A stretch of 64,000 nt of DNA, taken from contig JAYWIR010000065.1 of assembly GCA_036172245.1 (NCBI GenBank), positions 372,001-436,000 of the forward strand, read 5' to 3'. Both the position numbers and the translations under genes were made by a program. The first letter of the stretch is position 1. Every line of letters starts with the position of its first letter. The notes below the pieces were generated by a model. It saw nothing but the letters and a program-made list of their open reading frames with translations. It did not search any database and was not told the origin of the DNA. Below, piece by piece: positions 39,271 through 52,399 of this stretch. This DNA comes from Raillietiella orientalis. Lineage: Eukaryota.

Positions 39271-39937
39271 AATAATTAGGGCGGTGTCTTATTTCAGCTG
39301 CGTTGGGAACCATGCCTCAACTTCAGTGTGCCAACCATGTACGGTTTTATGTTCCTTGCATCCAGAAGCAAGAGCTCCCTTCTAGAGAAAGCATACCGCC
39401 TGAGCAAGGCCTTGGATAAAAGAGCTGCTGAATTACGGTGTGGCTCGGCCACCTATCCAATCGGTAGCTCCACAAAATTCGGCAATGGAAATTATGAGGC
39501 CATCCGCCTTGAACTCCCATCGTGATGTTCCAGGAGTACTTTTTTCCAGGTCACTCGCTGCTCCCTGTGAATCTCTTGCAACATGAACACTTCTCTTGCA
39601 ATCTCTTGCAGCATTGCTTTTTTTTACTCAGAAAACTCCTCATAAAGTTCGCAAATTCTGTCATCTCAAGGAATGAAAGTAAATCATTCAATCTGAATGA
39701 ACAGGAAGAAGGTCAGTATTTTTTAAAGGTGTATTTAATTAAGGGAGTGGACCCATCAATTAGGGCAAGGAGAAGAAAACGATACTTCCTCAAGAATCAG
39801 GAATGTCAATAAGACTATGACCTCCGAAGGCACCAGGAAGTTATCTTGAACTAATTATACAACCCCCCCCCCCCAGGTAGTTACAATAAGCAGAAAAGGA
39901 GCCATTGTGAAAGTGATTGCTTATTAAATGACCATGG

Positions 39938-40750
39938 ACTTTGATGATTGATTATAGCAGACAGTTTACAGAGAGTTTATTTTGGCAGAATGACCGCGTA
40001 AAGCTGCCGAAAGGGAAAGTTGCAGCAAAAGGCAAAAAGACCAGACAGATGTCATATTTGCACCAAACGATTTGAATGCGGTGCAATGTAATGCAGCAAC
40101 AACATTGGAACGAAACGCAAGGCTGTTACAGAAGCAGGGATGCCATTTCCCTCCGAGACATGCAAATTCAGTTTTCCGTGTGTGACTTTGACAGCTGTCT
40201 CCGGAGTGGGACGAGTTCTGAGAAGATGTTTCCATGGAATTTTCGTACTCCAAAGCGCTGCCTGAAGAATGTGATTTTCAATAATTCAAAATGAGTGCGA
40301 TATCATTTTTTCATAATCACAGATTGTATGCTTTTTGTGATCCGTCATACTTATCGGTATTTTCCATTATTCATAGCAGAAATGGTACTACTGGCGTGTT
40401 ATTCATATGCGATGCAGCGTGAAGCACAGCTGATTGGAAAACGTTTTCATAGTGTCGGGAGAGGAAGAGCCCTAAGGAAATGCTCCTTGATTCAAAGAAG
40501 CGCTTCCGTTTGCATCTTCGGAAAATCACGTTTTTTTTGTGTGTTTTTTTCCGCATACTGAGGCTCCTTTCGTTTTCTTCCTTCAATTTCTGCTTTCCCT
40601 TAGCGCTTGTGGTCATTCTGAACACTGCCGATTACCGATCACCACTGCTTGGCCAAAAGATGACCCCAAGAGTCTGAATAAGAAGGAGCGGTGCGTAAAC
40701 GGTGGCAGTCAGAAAAGCACTCCGTCTGAAACGCATTCGAAGCCTTCTTC
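39938..40750 (+). repeat. Central ~810-bp block duplicated as two inverted halves on either side
   Basis: 39938-40384 = reverse complement of 37504-37948; 40377-40750 = reverse complement of 42997-43376. Confidence 0.93.
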
Positions 40751-40999
40751 TTGATTATCCTGGAAGCAGTCCATGTTCTCGAAATTTGCTCTGAATTCGT
40801 CGTCGGTTCCATTCGCCTCATCCCTTCCGATGCTTATGGGAGCTGCAAGCAGAAACTCCAGGAGTTCCTCACGCCTACAATTGGAGACACTGTAAACGAG
40901 TATTGGGATTTGTCATCCGGTTTTGTTCCTCCATTTTTGTTACTCTTTCGGAGTATTCTTCTTGCCTATGTAGCTGCTGACTCGACAATCCGATGACAG

Positions 41000-42110
41000 C
41001 TTGCCACCAGCAAATTTTCAAATACCCTATTTCCCGAAAATTTCTGGCAGACTTTCAAATTGCATTAATTGGGAACTTTGAGAGAGAAAGCTCTGTAGCG
41101 AGTGATTACTAGCTACAAGAATGCCATGGATTCCTGGTAGAATTCTGCGGATAACAAGGCAGGAAGGAGGGAGACTGCACTTCTTCGCGGAGGTTTCAGG
41201 ATGACAGATGAGCCTAATAAAACCTCCATGAATACTCAAACGGAAGGAAATCCATCGTGGCAAAAAAATCTGACATCTTCAGTTTGGGGATATTCCTCAT
41301 CTAGGAAAGAACAGAAAGATGGTGGCTCTCTATATTGCTGCCAACATCTGCATCTGCTATGAAGCGCAGGGAAATGTAATAAAATTGGTTCCACAAAACC
41401 GACGTAAGCGGAAGTCCATTTGAGAAAGAAATGGGACATTTTTTGATGGAAAAAAAAATGCAGTGGGGTGCCATTCCTGAAGATATAGTAGACTGGTAGT
41501 CCGCAGCTGATGTCAACATGAGACGTGTGCACTCAACCACCGTCTGGATGTAATGATCAGATGGGAGATTGGAAACACGTTTGGGCAATACAAGGCCCAA
41601 ACTTCTGTCTTCTAGCCTGCTCTTCCCATTCAGAATAAAACAGCAAAATATCTTCCTCCAATCTCAGATACTTTTATTGGGAATTCTTTCCCAGCCATAT
41701 AGAATTACATAAGTTTGCTCCCTCTTGTTTCTGAAGAAGAAACCTTTCCCATATCCCTCTATCAAGTCGTGCTTTTGCATAGTGCTGCAAAAGCACTATG
41801 CAAACGAACATCTTGGAACGCAATCATCTGTCGTACTCCTGGTTGATTGCTCAAATAAAATTCTGATCAGATTCTTTATTAAGGTCATCTATAAGTTGCT
41901 GTCTATCGCAAGAATACATGTTTTCTGAGCGCTCTTATCTATTTCTTTGAAGTTCATCATCTACAGATGCTATTCTTTCTACAATAGTTCTACATGTCTG
42001 AAGGTTCCTGAAGGCTGCTTGAGAACGGAGATCTTGCAAGGGAAAAGTACCGACTCCATCATCTCGTGAAAGTACGAGCTCATTATGGCCTCCCTGATCC
42101 ATTCATGGTT
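41000..42110 (-). pseudogene. Decayed NACHT-like (possibly HEPN-NACHT) gene remnant
   Basis: HNELVL, a helical linker, then LGLVLPKRVSNLPSDHYIQTVVECTRLMLTSAAD, resembling the NACHT segment before Walker B; many stops. Confidence 0.3.
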
Positions 42111-42996
42111 GTCAGGGTCTCACAGAACGCATCTAAGATCTATTTATTTCTAGAAATACCGTTCGCAAACCACTAAATGTAATTTATCAAGGCACAATGT
42201 AATTATTAAAACGTCCGTCTTTCCTGAACCAACCGGTGATTTTTCCCTGGAGATGCATGTTTTCCTGAGTTCTTCTTCGGCTGCAAATTTTTTTCCTGTG
42301 TCTACAGGGAAAATCTTCAAGTCCAGGGGGTCTCCGATTCAGACATGTAACTCCGATCTTGTAGGAAATTATTCTTTCATTTCGAACTCCTCCTTGGAGA
42401 GAAAATGCGAGCGTGTTAAAATGTCCTGTCCTCCACTCCTAGTTAGCAAAAAGAACAAGGATCCCTTCCTTCGGACGAATCGTCTGGTGCCCCACGATGA
42501 TGCTCCTCCTTCTCGCTTCCTATGAGAATCCCTCTCTCATAGTGAACGGGAAAGAGTGTATGGAGGACGAGTCCTTGCTTAATTTCGAATGAACCTCCGT
42601 CATGCTCTGTTGCCTACCGGATTCTCTCTTCGTCTTCTCCGTAAGGAAGCCCATCAACGAGACACCAGGACCAATACAAAGCAAGTCATTTTAATCCTTA
42701 GAACATGACGATTTCAGAAAAGAAAAGCCAAATTGGAGGCTCGTCTTGGTCAGCCGTCTCACAAGAGAAAACTATGATGGTCATACTAATGGTCGAGTAC
42801 AGCGCAAGCTGCTGCGATGACCGATGGATACAAATACGACCCGGGGGATCCTTCCTTTCTAAATCACCTTCCTCATTCCGGTTTCATTTCTGTTTGTCTG
42901 GCTGGAGGCCAGACAAACAGAAATTGAACTTGAGTGAATAGCGAGCGTGCAAAAGTGGAAACGATGACGTACGAGCGAATTCCAAGGAGAAGCTCC

Positions 42997-43376
42997 GAAG
43001 AAGACGGTTCCGAACGTGTTTCAGGAAAAAGTGCTTTCCGACTGTCACCGTTTACGCACCCCTCCTTCTTATTCAGACTCTTGGGGTCATCTTTTGTCAA
43101 AGCAGTGGTGATAGGTAATCGGCAGTGTTCAGAATGACCACAAGCGCTAAGGGAAAGCAGAAATTGAAGGGAGAAAACGAAAGGAGCCTCAGTATGCGGA
43201 AAAAAACACACACAAAAAACGTGATTTTCCGAAGAAGATGCAAACGGAAGCTCTTCTTTGAATCAAGGAGCATTTCCTTAGGGCCCTTCCTCTCCCGACA
43301 CTATGAAAACGTTTTCCAATAAGCTGTGCTTCACGCTGCATCACATTTAAAGAATACGCCAGTAGTACCATTTCTG
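42997..43376 (-). repeat. Inverted copy of 40377-40750
   Basis: Near-identical track ORFs MFRMTTSAKGKQKLK and MCFFPHTEAPFVF on opposite strands. Confidence 0.95.
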
Positions 43377-46050
43377 TAATGGATAACAAAAAATAAAAAG
43401 GCACCTCTCCCTCCTTCTGGAAGTGATCCCTCTTCTTTTGAAGGAGAGGTTGGGAAGTAACAAAGAGGTTTGCTACCAGGCAGAGTTGCTAGCTCATCTC
43501 CGCACTCGGCAAAGGGGAGCATCATGATATGCACTCTATCAGAATCGCAGGGAACATGGCAAGGAGCACGCTGTACTCCTAAGATCTGAGAGAAATTAGT
43601 TTTTACCTTCTTCTCGGATCCTCAAACAGAATGAAAAACTCTCTGATGTGGAAGAAAGCGAAAGGGCTTGGTTTTGGCTGTCGATGAAAGGCTTCTCCGC
43701 GGTTTTCTCAGGAGCTGCGACCACGCGCCCATGTCTTTCACGTTTGCACGCCATCCCGACAAGAGATCACGCCTTCTGTGCCCTTCTTCGATGGAGTCGT
43801 TCCCGAGCATTACGTATATCCATTCTCGTTGCATTTGAGATTTATAGGGGACTCCCGAGGGTGTTATCTGAGAAGGTGTCAGAAAAGTAGCTCGATCCTC
43901 TATGCGGGCGCTCTTGAAAAAAGGGTGCGCTCCTTCTGAGTCTTTGAGCTATCCCATCTAAACCATTCTTCGGCAACTTCCTCGCTTGCACCCTCTTCAC
44001 TTCATTGCTGGAAACCACAGGTGCATAAACGAGAGCGGGATGAGGCTGCAGGGAACAGCTTCGTGCTCTCGATGGACTCCGCCGCTGCTTTTATCCGTAA
44101 TACTTGCATTGCAGCTGATCAGACTTGCAGGGACCTTATCATGGCGGATTGCGAGGCCACTCATCTAAGATAAATAAATAAAATCTGTGCAGTTCTCGAA
44201 ACCGCTTGGAACGGAACCAGAGAAGAGTAGAAAGGAGAGACAATAAATAATAAATAAACAGGGAATGGAATTCAACTGCCACGTGGTACTGAGCATGACT
44301 CCCAAGGAAGTGTCAGCAGGAAGGTGTGAGGAGGGGGAAGGGCTCGCGGTGTGCCCACAGTCGCTCAAAGGCTCACCTTGAAGCTCAGCTTTCAGACCCT
44401 TTCGTCGCGATCGCATGTGACTCTCCAAGATGACTCCCACGTCCTTTCTGCTCTTCGGCAACCACCGCTGCTCGCGCATGACAGGGGATTGCCAGCGAGG
44501 GTGAATTGGCGAGTTTCGAAACAGGGCTCCTGGGCAGTGGAACTGGAGTGCCTCAGCGTTGCTCTCCCGCCTCCCTGGCGCAGTCCTCTGACTCCAACAG
44601 CGCATGTAGGAGTGTCTCCAGTATACTGCAGTGTGTGCACTCTTTGGACACTCTCCACGCCGAGGTGCCGTGATGTTCCCCGTTCAGAAGAGTGCAACTG
44701 CGCCAGCAAGCTCTGCTGGTGATGAAGAGGAAGGACGAACGCGCCCCGCCAGAAAGCACGTTTCTACGGAGAGTCCAGAGAAAGAGTCGATCTGTCTTTG
44801 CGGTCCCTGAGCGAATGATCTGTCTTTTGGCGTGGCTTCTTCTTCCAATCCATGGAGCTGCCTGCAGTGACCGCTTGAAATCCAAAACTCGAACAGGATT
44901 GCCTTTTTGTACTGGAAATTCCGATCTCTTGAGGATTATCGCTGCCCAGTTTTCTCTGGTGACAAATTCACTCCATCTTTCGGGTTGTTCGTTTGTGCCT
45001 TCTGGTTCCCTAATTGCACCATACATAAGGTTGCAGAAAAGAGCACTGAGAAACAGTGTCGTGGTTCTTCCGTTTCTTTCCTCCTGTTGCTGTTTTGAAT
45101 GCTGACTATAGCTCCTTCAAGACTTTCTGGGTGCAAACCTCAAAGTGATTATAGCTCTTATTATAGTTGCTTCAAGAATAGTGACATCGGACAAAAATCA
45201 ACCTGAGAAACATTTTTTGATCCTTCTCAGGAGGAAGATCAAATTTTTCCTTTTCTGATCAAATCAGAGGAAAAAAGATCCCTCTCCTAGCCGTTCTTTA
45301 AAATAGATGTCTTGATAATGTCTTGAACAACAGCGACGAAGAAAATCCATCGAAATTGCTCTCCTCAAGCATTCTTGAATGGAATGTTTATTGCACAAGC
45401 TGTTGTGTTCTGAGCATCATGTGATACTGTACTGCTCCTGGTGCAATCTTGGGCCACCATCAGAGAGAGCTGCACAATCCTGCGTGGTGCACTGCATAAG
45501 TTGCTCCTCATACTGTGCGATGCACAGTGTAGCGTCATCCTCTTATCTGAGCGTTTTACCGTCTTGCAATAATCTCTCATTTTATATTTTTTTTTCGTTC
45601 TCATCGTATAATTTTATAGAATTCATAGAATCTCTCAACCTGACCCACAAAGCTTTACTCGGCTTGGCTAATGAAGAAGACGTGAATGCGAAATGAGAAG
45701 AGTTTCCTGGTAAAATCCCGCAACGCAATGCGTACGCTCATAAATCACACAGCGTGGCAACTTTATAAACATGGGGAAGTGAAGTGATTTCCTGCTTTGA
45801 GACGGTTGCCTGCAGATGTTCAACACGCTTCTTCATTAGAATGCTGTAACATCGTGGTCAAACACTTTGTGCAAACAAGCAGCTGTTCTCGAAGAAAGAG
45901 AGCTTTTTCCTTGCAATGCATGTTGCTGCAGCACATTACAAGAGCTTCATCGATCTGAAAAATGCTTACGGTGGGTGAACACGTGTGCCGCTCACTCCCA
46001 TATGTAATGTTCACCTGCCATTATATCTCCAAGAAGAGGACTTTCACTAG

Positions 46051-46227
46051 GATTCCAAAAGGGCGAGCTCCAAAGACAAGGATAGCAAAGTGCCGTTAGA
46101 TATGGCTATTGATCGAAAGCATGATGATGTCGTAAAGTATTTGCAGCGAGCACTGTGAAATCGGAATGGACAGTTGTTAGCTGCGGTACAAGAAGGTGAT
46201 GTTAGAGAGGTTAAAAAATCAAAGTAG
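46051..46227 (+). pseudogene. Ankyrin-repeat fragment, possibly endosymbiont-derived
   Basis: One frame reads DSKRASSKDKDSKVPLDMAIDRKHDDVVKYLQRAL*NRNGQLLAAVQEGDVREVKKSK*; DxxxxxPLxxA...HxxVVxYL ankyrin consensus plus the start of a second repeat. Confidence 0.7.
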
Positions 46228-47499
46228 TAGTGGTAGACACTAAGTATAACATATTGCTTTCTCACTGCCGTCTGTGCATAAGTGATTCTGCTTGGAGGAT
46301 ATCATTGGAACCCCAAGGGCGCAACTCAGGATCCAGTAATGGATTTTGCAACCTTTCCAGCGATAAATTTTGTCCTCTGCTGCGCACCTCCGAGTGGATG
46401 CGTTTCGAAGAAGGGAGGAGCGAATGCGCAAAGTCCTCGATCAGGATACTACCCGTGCGCAGCTCTTGGGTCGCCGACCCGGAAGCCACTGATCTCCACA
46501 GAGGAAACAAATGGGTCTCCCTGGATTTCTCTTTGAACTGAAAATTGGCGTGTCCCAAACATGGCCGAGTTTCCCGTGCTGCTTTTCATTACGGACCCTC
46601 CTCGCTTAGCACTGTTGACTGTCGCATCTCTTTGTCTCCATGACAGCGTTGAACTTGAAACAGATCCCGGACCTGCTGAACGAGGAAGGGGCAAGCGCAT
46701 TCTCAGTGTGCCTTTTAGGTCTTTCCGAATGATTTCAAGTAAGATTCGCTATCATCACGTTCACTACTCGAAGTGTCCCTCAGAAAAAAGTCAACCGCTG
46801 AATCTGAAACCTCGTTAACGGTGATGTCTCCGAATGAAAAGGATGGGATGAGTTTCTGAAGCCTCGAATTTGCCGCCTAGTTTGAAGATGCGGATTCCTC
46901 GTTGGCTGAACTTTATGTGACCTCGATCTGAAGGAAACAAACACAGGAGGAATCCTGCTCGTTTGCCCCAGCAAACGATGTAAGAGTCTTCGAAATGAGA
47001 GCGTCTGAACCAATTTCTTGTCTGCGAACGTTCCTTGGAGATACCGGGAACAGAAACGAAGTCCCAGGAAAAGTGCGTTTATCCTTTTGCAAGGAATCAA
47101 AACCGGGATTCCAAGAATCTTTTTGTAATTGCGTAGGAAGTAGCTGCAAACCCCGCAACAGGAGAGGGTCCCGGAACGGAAATTCGGAAAACAAACCCTT
47201 AAACACATTCGAGGGGAATCATCTTACGGGGAACCGAGTGAACTGTAAGGTGAGGTGGCGTAAGATGGATGAGATCGGATGGGAGCTGTTGATGATGAGA
47301 TGGAAGCACGAAACTTCCGATGGGCACAAACAGATCTTTCCCCCTCCGAACTTGAAATCTTGAAACACTTTCCATGCTGCTCATTTTAGAAAGTTCTAGA
47401 TATTGCGGAAAGGGAGGTACTTCTTAAGAATATGAGGCTTTTCCATGTGTGGACTTGCGAGTTTCCGGCACGTCAACTTCCCAGGCATGCTGTCTTCAG

Positions 47500-47830
47500 A
47501 GAGAGCTGGTTCATTCCTGAACATCTTTCGTGAGTTCAGATGAGCTTCCGGGGTCAGACGCTCTGCACTCTGCAGCGAGCAGCATTTTCAAAAGCTCGCA
47601 AACGTCATGCCCCAGAATTTTCCCGAGCAAGACGTTGAAGTCCTTGAAGCTGAAGTCTTTCAAGTTCGTTTGTTTTAAGGAGGTATTGAAGACTTGGAGC
47701 CACACCACGATGAGGAGCAAACGGTAAAGGATATACACTTTAGTCTCTTTCAGTCAGGTAGAATTGTATGGTTTGACCGCATCGAGAACTGCACGAGACT
47801 GCTTTCTTATCTATCCATCAAGTTGCCGTG
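47500..47830 (-). pseudogene. Possible HEPN(DZIP3-like) exon remnant
   Basis: KQSRAVLDAVKPYNST*LKETKVYILYRLLLIV resembles the FDxxLLYxLL segment of the domain. Confidence 0.2.
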
Positions 47831-50800
47831 AACTTGGAATTCGTGTCGTGTGCACTGCATATGTTTAGATACATACATATGCATGCATTTGATTGTATCG
47901 TCTTGAAAATAATGCACATTTACACATAAAGAATTTATATACTTGCATCGTGAATTTAAATTTTATACATTCATTATTTATTATTAGTCGCTGTTTTCAC
48001 AGATAATAGCTAGCATGCGTTGAAACTTCAGCTTCCGTTCTCTTTGCTACAGATGAAAGCAACATTTGCAAGCAAAAGTGATCTATAACGTGAATCACTT
48101 CTATCTGAAAAATCGGCAAGACGCTCATCAGGTCTAGACACCCGAATCTCTCCTGCTTTTGTCACGTGGCCATTTGGATGAGGACTGCTTCCAGAAGAAG
48201 CGTCACACAACCCGAAGAATTCTCCAGTCCAGTTTCCTCCTCACCGTCTCCTCACCCTCACTCTCTCGAAGTACCCGCAACGACGGCGGCATTCATTTGA
48301 CCACTTTCAGGACTAAAAATCACTCTGTACGTTCAGGACCAAAGCACTGATTAAGAAAAAAGAAATCTCGCATTTTCTTTCCCGCAAGAACCTCACCCTC
48401 TCGAGAAACGGGAAGGAGGAAGTTTCGGGAAACAGCAGCACATTTGTCATGAAACTCGAAGATTAATGAACTGACAGAGATAAAGGACGAAAGAAATCCC
48501 AAAGATCGGCGCAGAATTGGAACTGAACTTGATAGCCACGATGCTTCCAAATTGATTTCTGTTAATGCAAAGCAAATTTCAAGACGAGAAAACTTCTGGA
48601 GGACTCAGTGCTTCTTCCGGAAGAGGGGGGGAAAAAAGGAAAAAGCAAAGCGGGATTCCAAATCAAGGAATCCGGCACCTTCCGAACAACCGCTCGAACT
48701 AAATCCAGAAAGTTGTGCATTTCTTGACAGATCGCCGCCTATTCTTCAGATGCAAAGGGGAAGGATGTGTCTGGGAAACCCGAAAGGAAATTCTTGCCAC
48801 GAATCTGAGAAGGCGTTAGTGCAAGAAGAGCTCAAATTTCAATCAGGAGTATCCTACCCCATTCCTCCCAGTGAAACCGATCAGCGCAGTCGTCAAGCCT
48901 CACCCAGGCGACTTCCATCCCATGCGTCATGGAACACACTGGGATTCGCGAGCCGATGCATCGTGAGCACTCACTAAAAAATCGAAAAACCGCTAAATTC
49001 GTGGAATTGAAAGCGCAGCTGGAAGACAGGCAAACTCAAACAGCCATTACTAGCGTGCGTTCGCAGGCGCAAGCGGCGCGCGGGTGGGGTCCGGTCGGGT
49101 AGTATTGCATGGTTTCTTCGTCTTGGAGCAAAGTGATCACACTTCAGTATTGACTCTGTTCCTAGAATGGTCCAGCAGACAGCCACCAAATCCCAATGTT
49201 CCAGGGTAGCCCTCCTGATGCATCTCGGCAGCTCAGCATGCCTGAGTGATCGTGGTCCGGTTGCTGGAGCATTTGTTGAGAATGCGATTATCCCCATCTT
49301 CAGCTAGGATTTGATATGCCAACAAACAGAACTGAGCAAAAAATCAGAAAAGGAAAAAGAAGTCTGGGATTCGGACAAACAGCGAATATGCCGTCGCTCA
49401 CAGGAGTAGCACTCTGACACCAGATGCCATCAGCAGAGCGTCAGTAAAATTGCTTGGTTCTTCAAAGAAAGTGAGAACGGAATTACATCTCTTTAATGAT
49501 TCGTTCGTCTTTCGGAATCCTGAAATCAAACATTGCAATCTCCGACTGCGCTACAGCTTTTCGCTTCTTTGGGTGTTTTTTTTTTTCTTTTCTTTTTGCT
49601 TTGACGTCTGTTTGCCTTGGGGTCCTGCATTAGAAAATAAGGAAGGAAAAGGAGCAGTTTCTTCCCATAAAAGCTGAACGCGCAGCTTTTTGAAGGGAAG
49701 GTTTTGACCAATTCGTTGGTCTGCCCGCATTTTTCCACGAAGAAGCAACTCTGTCTCCCAGCTTTAATGGCGCCTGAAATAAGAAAATCTCGAGGAATTT
49801 TCTACCATTCTTCCAGGGAACTGATGTGATCAGTTCAAGAGCTCCACCCTCGTCTTCATAGGGGGAGAAAAGCTAAAGCTGCTTCAAGTACCGCTGCAAT
49901 CCTCTAAATCCCGTCAGTGTCTGTGGGTTCGCACTCTAAACGGAGCAATCTTTTAACCCAATTCCTCTCTCCTTGATAATGCCATCGTTAGGCAAAAATG
50001 GTCAGGCATGGACTCAAGGTTTGGGGATGGGGACACAACGCCTTCGTTTCGGATTGCGTCAGCGGCAGAACCCACACACCCATATTGCGTTTGTTGAAAC
50101 GCATTGAAATCCCGCTGATAGCTAGCTAAGGCCTGTTCGATTCCCGATACTTCAAGGACATTCAGGAAGCGTCATTTCTGTTCCAAACATCTCTCCTTCC
50201 CAACACTCTGCATTTTTAGTAAGTAACGACTCTTGGATGTCTTGGGACTGAGTGCGGAGTGGAGACGGGCAGCTGAACTGAGATTCTGCAAAAAAAAACA
50301 CATCTCTTCGAAAACCACATGGTCCCGAACCCTGTTCCAGGCTATGGAACCATGTGGAAATTTCAACAGGAAATGCCGATGTAATCTCTTTTGTGTAATG
50401 TCATTACAGGAACATGGCGTAAAAGTGTACACTAAAAATGATCGAATTATTGCAAATTTAATTTGCTCTCTTGAAATGCTCGATCTGGAAAACCAGTGCT
50501 TACATACGTCGGATCCTTAGAGAGAAGGAAAACGACCTTGTGGGTTTTCCTCCAGCTCTTCTTCTCCAGCAGAACTTCTGCTGGAAAATAAGCTGATTTT
50601 TTTTTTTCTCTGTTCTCCCCCCCCCCCCCTCGGAACTGGACGGGATAGGAATTCTAATGAATACATTTTAATGTGCTGTGGGGAATTAACAAGTATTGCT
50701 GATTGCACGATGCCGAGGTCGCACTCACGTGGAAGAATAATTGGAAAGGACAACAGCATATTTATCATTCTTTACTAATGCAAAACTCACAGGCGTGAAA

Positions 50801-52399
50801 AGCCAATTCCGCAGTGCTAAAGCTACAAAATCGTCGTAGGTCAGCAGCTACGAGAAGCAAAAGGAACCTCACGCCGCCGATACTTCGAAAGATTTGCTGC
50901 TGACCTTGACCCCGTCAGGACCATCGATCCGATTACTCAAAAATTGAAGAAATCCAATAATCAAACATTGGGGCTCTCCTTGCAAACAGAATTAAGACTT
51001 GCCTCCTCAGTTTCTCTCACCCTTCCGCAGCTACTGCTATCAGTCATTCTTCATGTGAGACATGGATTCGTGGATTTATCTTCCTTGAAGTTTTTCTGGG
51101 AACTTTTACTCCAATAACCAAGATCGTGGACATCTGAATCGATAGGGCATTTTTACGCTGCTTCACAGTAGAAACAGATAACGTCAGCTCGATTTGCACC
51201 CGGTCAGGCGATAGGCGTCCCGCTAAATGCAAAAAAAATTGCCAAAAAAGAGAGAAGAAGCACACTGAAGATGGCCACTGGCACACAGGCCGGCCTGTAT
51301 GGAAGTCCGCAGTGGGAAGGGGAGGACAATAAATGAATCAATAAAAAAAAAAAGACGGGAGAGTACGATTAGGGGTCTTTGGTATAACACGTCCCGTGGT
51401 TCCTAAAACCGGTTGCAAGCTCTAAAACCGGTCTCCCTACCGACCTCTTCTGGCAGGTGAGACCACCTGGTAGCCGTCCCCACCAAGGCGACCGCCATGC
51501 ACGTCAGCTTGGAAGCGTCCAGAAAACGGCAGAAGACATCCGGATTTCGAGTCTAATATAAGACTCGAAGTACCATGGAGACCCCTGGTTCATGTAATAC
51601 AGTTTCATTAACTTCATGATGTACACAGACCTCTCCCTTGCCTCTCTGAATGGAAAAAATGAAACGCGCATATCTCTATCTGAGACAGATACCTTCTGAA
51701 CATCGACTTTTCGATTATCAGGAAGTTTTTTGCTCTTCATAGATGGCTTACTGAGTAAAAATTATTACTAACAGCCAAAGCATAATTAAATCCTAAATTC
51801 AATACAAATATTTCCGTCATATTAGTATTTCCCATTAAACAACAAGAAATGTCCCTCTTTGTTGTAAGCAAAACATTCTATTAATCTACTTCTTGACCTT
51901 TTTTTACAATACACTAAAAAGAAACTCATTTGATTAAAACTAAAATATTTTCAAGAGCATTACACTTACCCCCTTCATTAATGTTCAACATGTTCATCAA
52001 AACGTAATATATTATATAGGGCAAAGGCAGTGATTACGTTTGAATCATGGAATGTTATTTTGCCTGATATCTTCAAGGGTTCAAAGGCCTTGGCAAGATT
52101 TTTTGGGAAAACAGAACATTTTTGCAACAGAAAAGGCTTATTTTTTATGGCTGAAAAACACTTCCCGGAAGAAAATGTGGATAGAAATTTCCTCACGGAA
52201 GGTGGCGAATGAAAACCACTCGTGACTGTAAAGGGGTCCTTGTCCTTCCAAGAGATGGATTTCATTTTCCCTCCTAAGCTCAGAAGAAACTCTGCATCTT
52301 ATTAGAGCCCCGGAGGGTGAGATTCAGTGAGGGCACTCGCCTTCGAATCGTCTAACACGCCTCTCCTCAAAAGAGCTGAATTTCCTTTTGATTTCCTGA

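Noticed and set aside
51400..51505. GC-rich stretch considered as an HDV-like ribozyme
   Set aside because: Could not build the nested double pseudoknot by eye
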